From Chrysomallon squamiferum (Eukaryota; Animalia; Mollusca): 64,000 nucleotides of DNA. Positions 55,083-64,000 of the stretch are shown one piece after another (the first letter of the stretch is position 1; each line of letters starts with the position of its first letter). The notes below the pieces were generated by a model. The model made no database searches and was not told the DNA's origin. It was given only the letters and a program-made list of their open reading frames with translations. Both the position numbers and the translations under genes were made by a program. Location: positions 23,498,001 to 23,562,000 of the forward strand of contig CM022672.1 in NCBI GenBank assembly GCA_012295275.1, in the 5' to 3' direction.

Positions 55083-55440
55083 CTGGAAAGAAAAAGTATA
55101 TTAATATGAAATGAATTATCAAATTAAAACAAATAATAATAATAATAGTAATAGCAGCAGTAGTAGTAGTAGGAGGAGGAGGAGGAGGAGGAGGAGGAGG
55201 AGGAAAAAGAGTAATATTTGTTTTTTAAACAGTGTAAATGTTACCTTATGAAGATATGTCTTATTTCCCTGAATTTTTATTTTTAATGATGCTATAAAAT
55301 AATTGTGTCACTTAAAATGTTAAATAAAAAATCATGATATATGAACTAGTGGCTGCATCACATCTTACCTGCAGTTCATTTGTAATTTAATACAACCATG
55401 AGGAAAATTATGCCTAAAATTAAAATAGTTAATTATAAAC

Positions 55441-55579
55441 CTGTAATTCTTCTTCAGAATCTGTCAGCTCCATCTTAACAGGTGTAGAACTGTGAAAAAC
55501 ATTTGTGATATTTGTTTCTGTGCCTACAAAAGCACCTGCTGACTCACTGCTATCACATTCGGTTTTGTTTCTGATGGAC
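55441..55579 (-). CDS. Large HTH-repeat protein, exon 3 (139 nt)
   Basis: Acceptor tttcAG at 55581-55580 and donor CAG|GTTTAT at 55440. Its phase 2 to phase 0 boundaries bridge exons 2 and 4 without stops (SIRNKTEC...EEELQ). Confidence 0.78.
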
Positions 55580-56266
55580 CTGAAATTACATTGATATTCA
55601 ATGAATTTAAACATACATACATCATTTGTTTTCTTGCTTAATCATCTTTCTCTCACAACATAAATTCTTATTAATGTTTAAATACATTCTTTAATTAAAT
55701 ATATATTGTGGTATTTGTTTGAGAAAGACAGACATTATATCTTAATAATAGAATAGGTAATATATTTTCTTTGCTTCAAACATGTCTAAATGTGTCTTTA
55801 AAAAAAAAAAAAAATTGATTTAAATTTCATCAAGTAAATTAGAAAAAAATTAGAATATGGTCACTAATACATATTTTATGAATAATTTAATATGATTAAT
55901 AAAACTAAAGGCAACTTTTTTCTTTTTTCAAGAAGTATTCTGAATAACACAGCCACAAAACACAATCAGATTACACAAATAAAACATTATGTAATACTTT
56001 AACAAATGCAAATACTGCTGACTACAATATTAATATGCTGTAATTCTGAGATGCTTGTCCAAACACCTAGCATTATATTAATTGATTACTTGGCAATCTA
56101 TAAAGATATCCACAATCACACTATCACACAAATCTACTAAGGGTCATTCGAAATTCAATGTTAAAGTAATTTTATGTACATTTCATTTAAATTTATGTAA
56201 TACTGGCATGCCAGTACAGCAGCTCTGGAAATTTATATATTGTCAACATATTTAAATATTACTCAC

Positions 56267-57520
56267 ACGTGGTTCTGGATTTCATTGTCTGATTCTGTTT
56301 GCTTATTGCCTAACGAAGATTGTGGCTCTTTCATATTTGATGTAAAATTCTCTTCAGCATCTTCATTCATATTTGTATCACAGTGCTGACCATACTGTAT
56401 TCTGTCAGTCATTTTCACACTGTTACAACTCTCAGTTATATCAACATCTTTGTCTAAACTGACACTGTTTTGTAAACATGACACAGTGGGATTATTCTTT
56501 AAAAGAAGTTTTATTTTTTCATTAGAGTCAATCTTTTGTACAGTCCATGCTTCTTCCGAATTTGGCACATTTTCAAGAAAATTATTTCCTTTACTTAATT
56601 CAGTCTCTTTGTCACTTGCTAAACAACTATATACATTTTTGGGACTGGGTGTTTTGTGGGACTGCTCATTTAACAACTTTTTCCACAACATAAACACTTC
56701 TTCACTGACCTCCGGATATACTTTTTGAAACTGGGAAAAATTTACAGAGTCATTTTGTCGAATGAAGTCCATACCATCTGCAATCTCTTTCTTCCAGCGA
56801 TAGAATGTTCTCATGGAAATATTTGGATACAATGTAGAGAATTCACTGAACAGCAATTGTGGAGTCATCTGAACAAATGAAAATTCTTCTTTATTCATTT
56901 TTTTTGTCAAACATTTTGGAGTATTTGAAAAAACATTCTGTTGTTCAAACTTCAGAATCTCCATATTTTCTAAATTTACTATACTTTGACTAAATGCGCT
57001 TTGTGGGATGCAAGTTGTTCCATTTTCCTGAGAACTACTAACAGTTTCAGAAATATTATCAGTGCTGGTGTCTGGTTCTGTGATATCAGCATCCAAGCCC
57101 TCATCATCATCTTCAGAGAAATACTCCAGTGATTCAGCATGGTCATTTGTAACTTCTGAAGTTACTCTGTGTTGTGAAAGATTTTCTGTTTCACGTCTCT
57201 CTTCACCAGTACCATCTAAACTGGTTTCAGATTCACCAACATTAATGTCAGCATTTCCTAATGGTGGCCTGGTTTCTTTTCTGGAAGATTTATTTACATC
57301 TGAACTAAGAGCCTCTACACGAAGACCTATTGGTCGTTGAATTAATTCCTTTATACTGTAATTTTCTTTCTCTTCATTGTCGACATTCAAACATAACAAG
57401 CCAACAACTTCAACTGAGTGTTTAAAACTAAAATGTTTTTGGCACAATTTTCTGACTGATTTTACTAGTGCTGGATAAAAGTCTTTGGATGTTGCTTCAT
57501 TGTCAGTGCCATCCATCATA
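56267..57520 (-). CDS. Large HTH-repeat protein, exon 2; mollusc zinc-finger-type N-terminal domain and the first HTH repeat pair
   Basis: Covers the 418-aa ORF. Acceptor ttttcAG|T ATG ATG (phase 2) and donor GT|GTGAGT at 56266 (phase 2). Contains FYPALVKSVRKLCQKHFSFKHSVEVVGLLCLNVD and YPNISMRTFYRWKK, the same repeat as exon 4. Confidence 0.88.
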
Positions 57521-58739
57521 CTGAAAATAAAATTGATACAAATACAAAATATTACTATTAAACTATAGAAAATTAAAGCTTTTAATATTATTAGGTAACA
57601 ATGTATTGATTATGTATAATATAGACATGTTTTCATAAACAGGAAAGCTTTGATTTTGATAAAACTCACATTAGGAACTGGCTGGAATGGATGCAACATA
57701 ACAGAAATGATCAAATTCAAACTAAATCTTGCATCAAATTCATTTCTAAAAACACCATGGCAAATGAGTTGAATATTTTGTATCATAGGAAATAACAAAG
57801 TGTTCCGTAGTAGCAGTGTATATATGCCATTGTTTCCTTGGTGTTTTCACAAATAAATTGTTATTAAACCTGACCAGCTTGTATTTACTGTTACAGCTAT
57901 GTAAGACAAAAAGTAACTATGTAATGGCTTACTTAATAATGAATGCCTCCACCACCAGCTGATACTTGGGTATAGCATAACAATTAATGAAAATGACAAT
58001 GACCAAAAGTAACAAAAGAAATTTGTTTAATGACACCTCAGTCAATCATACCTCAAGCCAGAGTTGTATAGCTGGGTTAAATCAAAGGAACATAAAAGAC
58101 AAAGTAATTACAAAACTTGTGATTTTTTAATTTTATTTTATTGTTTTTGTTGTTTGGGAGAGGGGTATTGTTTGCCAAACGAGTTATAAAGGGAATTACA
58201 TATATATAAGACTACATAAATATTTGAATAATAAATCCTAAAATGCACATTTGTCAAGATATTTTCAAAAAATGTATACAGTGTCAAAGAAATTAATGTC
58301 AATCGTAGGAATCTAAAAATAAATATATGTAAAATAATGTAAACACGCGTGCATGGCCGTAGCACCATTTTTATTTCAGTACAGTACCAAATAATGAAAT
58401 ATAAGAAAACTATCAAAAGTAACTGTTTCTTTTCTTCTATTTAATCATTTTTGTTGTGTAATAATTTCTAAATAACAACAACAGTAACGACAAAAACATC
58501 AGTCACATGACCTATTCTATTAGTATTATTGGTGATAACACCGCAACAAACCTGTCAAATTGACATCTTTTGTTCGGTCAGCTTGGGGGGAAATACGAGC
58601 ATCTATTACCACTTTAACCGCGTTTTGAACTTTACAAAATACTATCGAGTTCATGGATTACAAAAACACAAATAACAACAACTACTACTATTACTACAAA
58701 AACACCGTGTCAGTTTCGGTAAAGGCAAAACAAAAAACA

Positions 58740-58760
58740 AAATAAATAAAAATAAAATAA

Positions 58761-58820
<60 letters not shown>

Positions 58821-58837
58821 AATAAATAAATAAATAA

Positions 58838-58913
<76 letters not shown>

Positions 58914-58944
58914 AATAATAAATTAATAAATAATAATAATAATG

Positions 58945-59003
<59 letters not shown>

Positions 59004-59032
59004 AAACAAAAAAAAAAAAAAAAAAAAAAAAA
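58740..59032. repeat. (AAT)n/(AAAT)n/(AT)n/(A)n compound microsatellite in intron 1 of the HTH-repeat gene
   Basis: Read directly from the sequence. Confidence 0.95.
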
Positions 59033-59270
59033 TTGTCCACCACAAGTTAATGTTCAGTGTATGACCTCCGTCTGGAATCTGCCAGCTGTCAGCATGACCC
59101 GGCGGGACGAGTGCAAACTTAAGAACGGAAGTACAAATTAATTGTATCTGTTGCATTAGCCATACATATTATATACATTTTACATATGAAATGCATCTTT
59201 ATAAACGCACACTGAACGAAAGATAATAAAATCCAACTAAATTAACTTTAAACATAAATAAAATTCTTAC

Positions 59271-59512
59271 CCGCATTCAACACAATGGTTAGCGTGAGCC
59301 TCTAACAAATGCCAAGCAAGCCTCGAGTCTTTCAGACCTAATTTACTTCTAAGTCTCTTCCAGCGGTCGAAGGATCCCGCCAAATACACTCGTCGTGCAT
59401 CCCTCCATTTGTATGCCTCCTGTTGCCGTGACTTTTTGTCTCTGTCAGGTCGCATAAGTTTTCCTTTCTGCTGAAGTTTATTATCCATGCCAGTAGACGA
59501 CATGGCAGCCAT
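59271..59512 (-). CDS. Large HTH-repeat protein, exon 1; ZNF653/ZNF692-like N-terminal helical module
   Basis: ATG in AAGATGGCTGCC context at 59512 (the track start at 59545 is a GTG). RDARRVYLAGSFDRWKRLRSKLGLKDSRLAWHLL resembles, from memory, the N-terminal segment of ZNF653. Donor GG|GTAAG is phase 2 and compatible with the acceptor at 57521. Confidence 0.7.
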
Positions 59513-61960
59513 CTTGTTGGCAATAAGCGCTGACGAATGACCCACTTTGGAAACAAATGTCCCTGGGCATGCGCTGACCCCAAATCACGTGATGAGCAAA
59601 ACCTAATCCCCTTAATTCAATGATGACACCTGTCACTTTATTGACATAAGTGACATAATGCGTGACAAGCGTTCTGAGTCGCACCTTAACCCTACCTGTT
59701 GATTGCAAACAAAGCCTAATTATCGCAAAGTTCTGACTAACATTTCTCGAAAGAAAAAAAAGAAGAAAGGGCATTTTTATAATGACCGACACAGCATGGA
59801 TATAATAACCCTCTATTGATACCTTATTTGTAAATGCTTTTAATATAAAACCTAAATAAAACTGAAATTACTTATACCCTTACACATGCTGTGAATTGGT
59901 TTTCATTTTACTTGCGTTCATTAATGCAATGTTACAACAATATAATACTTACTATTTACCTAACACAGTCAACGCTTCAATAACAAATGAATTATATTTA
60001 AAACAATAAAAAGTAAAAAAAAAAAAAAAAAAAAAAGATAGGGGGAAACATGAATTTACTTCATAAAGTTTAAAGCAATAACAGGTATTATTCATCCATT
60101 CATATTAGTATTTTGTCCCACAATAATGTCTTGCACAGCTGACATAAAGAAAATCTGAATATGAAGGGGAGTCAACAAACAAAAACAAGTGTCTTATTAC
60201 ACACGTATTCTTTTAAATTCTTATTTTTAATGAGTTTATCCATTTATTGTTAAATATCAGTCCACAGAAAATCATCATAATAGAAACAATAGCTTGGATA
60301 TCGATACCATTTAACAGAAATTTGTAATTTTGAATGCCAGAATTACAAGAAAAGTTTAATAGAATTTTAACCAAAGAAGTCTGTATCAATTTTTTTGTTT
60401 ATTAACACTGTAGTATAACCATGACTAAATATACAATCTTTGTTACACAGCACATGTACATTCAGATATAACCAAGAAAAAGTTTATGAAATTTAAAATG
60501 TTATTAAATAACAAAATATAAAGCCAAAATGATTTATTACTAATTTTATCACTGTCCTAGATGGCATGCAACAAAAAAGGAAAACAGTTCATGGTAATGA
60601 GTTTTATTGTTAAAAATGATAATGACCTGTCATTTTCTACACTATACAAATGCACTTAAATACACAGTTCAGTTTCCCTACATGTTAATCACACCGACAC
60701 AAAGAGTAATGAGATAATACAGCGACACTCCCAGATGTTTCAGATAATGTCACTTGATTAATTAGCTCTCTGACAATTAATAGAAACAAAATAATAATTA
60801 AACAAATTTTAGAATACTGAAATATTTAAAAAATCATCGGCATCCGTTAACAAAGTAAATAAATAACTATGGTTACCAATGAAGATGGTATTGAAAATTA
60901 TCCGTGCCAAAATCTGTGTCAAAACAGCTGACTTGAACAGGATAAAATCTAGAGCTACATGTAAAAAATAACTTCATCATTTTGGTCACTAAATTTCTAA
61001 TATGTTAATCTAGAATGGTTGAAGGGTAGCTGGGTCAAATTTTTAGTTTTTTTGGAGGTTGTATGTTGTAAGGCAATTGTTTGTTGACAGTCATCACTGA
61101 CACAATAAAACTGTTTGCTGTAACAGATCTTTACAGATAAAAAGTATAATTACCTTGCTTCATAAAGTAAATGCCAAAAACTGATCCTAGGTCAAGCTAA
61201 TCAAACCTTTAAAAACCATGGCACTAATCTTTATTCTCATCAGTACATTGTTTCACAAATAATGCCCACTGTTTAACATGTCAGAAGATGAACAATTTGG
61301 AAAAAAGAATATATAAAAATAAGGAAAATTCAAACTTTAATATTCAGTTTTATACTGCAATAATAATGAACCTCATTTAAATGAATAATCATCTCATGTT
61401 TCCACTGGACATCAAACAATCTGCAATAATGTTCATATTGTTTTCAGGTACAAGGATTGTAGATGATTGATCCATACAATCTAAAAAAAAATAATGGTTC
61501 AGGCAAAACGGTTTCCCACTGGGAACTTAATGAAGATAACCAGCCTGCTTCACGTTAAAAAAACATTCCTATTTTTTCTAATTTCTCTACTTGCGAATTT
61601 ATCAAGAACAAATTTTGTCCCTCTAATATCTGTTGTTTTTTCCTACTTACAAAATATCTATTAGCACCATACTGCTTCCTAATCATGATTTTCATGTGAT
61701 CATGTAAACATAGGACCAGAAAACTCATATGATGGGATATATATAAACACATACATACACATCTATTACTTATTTTACCATTTCTGATTAAATTTACACA
61801 TTTGATAATTTTATTTATATTACTGTAATTGGTATTCCTGTTAATTTTATATAAAATAAAAATTCTTTTATATGCCTATGTCACAAATCTAAAAAAAAAT
61901 ACATATTATATATATATATATATATATCTATATCAGTATATGTAATATATATATTATATA

Positions 61961-62158
61961 TCACATCTGATTCTTTGCAATCACTTCTTTCATTCTCTTC
62001 AACAGGGGTTCTATTAAATCTATATGACTATCTGCACATTTGATTACACATTTTTCCAAATCTATTTTGTGTTTTGCAATTTCTTCATCTGATGCATTTG
62101 CTGAGACTTTATCTCTCACCCTGTCCTGACAATCCATTGCACACCGCTGAAGTCGATT
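61961..62158 (-). CDS. FAM136A: FAM136A exon 3 (NRLQRCAMDCQD...KNQM*); total 140 aa
   Basis: Hallmark RLQRCAMDCQD and CVIKCADSH motifs; acceptor ttttttcAG; stop TGA at 61963-61961. Confidence 0.92.
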   Translation of the reverse strand, partial: NRLQRCAMDCQDRVRDKVSANASDEEIAKHKIDLEKCVIKCADSHIDLIEPLLKRMKEVIAKNQM

Positions 62159-62433
62159 CTGAAAAAGAAAAGAACAGCTGAAATTTATTCTTCTCCAAAG
62201 ACACCATTCCTATTATGATCTATCACAGGGTTACTGCATAAAAGCAATTTGAAGCTGATTCTGCCATGTAAAACCACAACTGGCTCATTGCTTTTTGGTA
62301 AAAGGTTGTAGTAAATTCATAACCTGGACATTTTTGTTATTGTTTTTTTTTAAAATAAATATTAAAAAATATTCTGATCTATAGGTATTTGGATAATTAA
62401 TAAAACTTGTATATATTATGTTTAATTCAATAC

Positions 62434-62574
62434 CTGATAATTCTGCAGTTCATTCTGAATGTATGTCTGGGCTTTGTTTACATTAACAGAACATTTGTCA
62501 ATACATGTCTGAACTTCTTCCAGAGATGCAGTTTTACTCTCACAACATTTTGTACTACACCGATACATTTCAGC
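62434..62574 (-). CDS. FAM136A: FAM136A exon 2 (AEMYRCSTKCCE...NELQNYQ)
   Basis: CX3C motifs (CSTKCC, CIDKC) and AQxxxQxEL motif of FAM136A/DUF842; AG and GT boundaries, phase 0/0. Confidence 0.92.
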
Positions 62575-62675
62575 CTGCCATTTACAAAAATAAATGTTAT
62601 CCAACAATTATTATAATTATCTTTTTTACCAAGTATTAGTATTAAATAGTATGATGTACTGATTAATAATAATAT

Positions 62676-62678
<3 letters not shown>

Positions 62679-62752
<74 letters not shown>
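62679..62752. repeat. (AG)n microsatellite in FAM136A intron 1
   Basis: Read directly from the sequence. Confidence 0.95.
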
Positions 62753-62756
<4 letters not shown>

Positions 62757-63045
62757 CTTCAGATTTTTTAAAGTAAAAACTGTGTTCCGAATTAAGACAG
62801 TTATCTTCATTTTGTCAATGAAAATTTTTATAAATAAATTAATGTGTATGCATATCAATCATTCAATGGAACATGTAATTATGAATAATTATGTTCATTC
62901 ATTTAACTGTATTAACTATTAATCTAATGTATTATGTATATAGTTATAATTATTTTTGTAACTGTGTATGAAGTTTGACACCTTATCTAAAATAGATATT
63001 TTATTGATCTAATATTTATATTTGGAATTCAACAGTTACAAAGAC

Positions 63046-63129
63046 CTGCATTTTCCGTAAGCAATCCTTATCCAAGGAATTCACCATAGAAGTGACAGCT
63101 TTCTGAACACGTGCTTGAACTTCGTCCAT
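63046..63129 (-). CDS. FAM136A: FAM136A exon 1 (MDEVQARVQKAVTSMVNSLDKDCLRKMQ)
   Basis: Typical FAM136A N-terminus ending LRKMQ; ATG at 63129; phase-0 donor CAG|GTCTTT. Not present in the ORF track. Confidence 0.85.
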
Positions 63130-64000
63130 GTTGATAAAAATAATCAGAAGTTAAAAGCTGTCTCAAAGTTGATTGGATAAAATAGATAAGCAATGTCGTT
63201 ACATAAATAAATATAAAACATTTTGTTATTTATTTTTTGTCTGAGTTAATTATAATTATTAGTTCAAGTTATTTTTCGGTTTCTTTTATTTTGTATTACA
63301 CATGCGGCTATCGCTGATCTCTGTTCAGCAGACGAATATTTCTCTGTTGCTTGAAAGTAAACAAATCTTTTTTGAGTCTAGCAGGGCTTTTTTGTTTATG
63401 TGACTACTTATTAACGATAATGTTTACGGACGAAGTACTGGAACCTGTTGTTTTGAAATCATATTGGAAAAAAGAAAGGTTTTATACTATCATTCATTCA
63501 ATATCAGTAAATTAATGTTATAAAGACTAAATTTAAACAAAATTTTTAAATATATATATATAATTATAATAATATAGATTATATACTGTTTCATTATTGG
63601 TAATTATACAATACAAATAGTTTTGGGTATTCGTGTTTCTGCAGTGTATTTTTCCGACATACTTAATATGCAACTTTGTATTAATAGTCACAGTAATTTC
63701 AAAAATATAATTAATTTACATTTTAAACCCTTGTGTTTAAGAGCCAGTTTTGTTTTGAATAAGTCTTTAAAGTTTAAGTCTAGAACTATAATACTTAATA
63801 GTATAAGTTAAGATAGTTTCATTTATGAATAAATGTTACTTAACTGACTGTCACTGTAATTTGATTATTTAGTAGATCATTTGGTTATTTACTAGATGTT
63901 TTGCTATTTAATAAAACCAGTGAATTAATATATAATTTTAAAATCTTTTTAGGTCTGTTTTACTGACGGAACATTTCTTTTGTATGGTGGTTAGATTTTC

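Noticed and set aside
51153-57340. Plus-strand ORFs overlapping the large minus-strand gene
   Set aside because: They are antisense shadows of the real coding exons.
59066-59117. Possible extra internal coding exon of the HTH-repeat gene
   Set aside because: Weak donor (GTCATA) and a 52-nt length that would break the frame; exon 1 joins exon 2 directly in phase.

Overview
AT-rich, microsatellite-dense eukaryotic DNA with spliceosomal introns, most likely from a mollusc (probably a gastropod, judged from the AKH-type peptide and degenerate Nin-type SINE remnants; the species cannot be determined from sequence alone). I can reconstruct four protein-coding genes. (1) An adipokinetic-hormone (AKH)-type neuropeptide precursor on + (predicted pQINFSPTWGTamide; CDS 28816-29004 + 29512-29574). 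(2) About 11 kb downstream on the same strand, a second GnRH-superfamily precursor with the same exon layout but an atypical predicted 15-mer, pQWAQSNGWGGAGAGQamide (CDS 40882-41079 + 44034-44096). (3) A four-exon ~1878-aa putative transcription regulator on - with a ZNF653-like N-terminal module and 17 vertnin-like HTH repeats in basic/acidic pairs. (4) FAM136A on -. The first ~25 kb has no recognisable coding gene; it contains Tigger/pogo and hAT remnants, tandem repeats and CpG-retaining islands. The best candidate for something undescribed is the tandem pair of an AKH gene and an atypical GnRH/corazonin-like neuropeptide gene, followed by the HTH-repeat protein. All family assignments are from motif recognition, not database searches.
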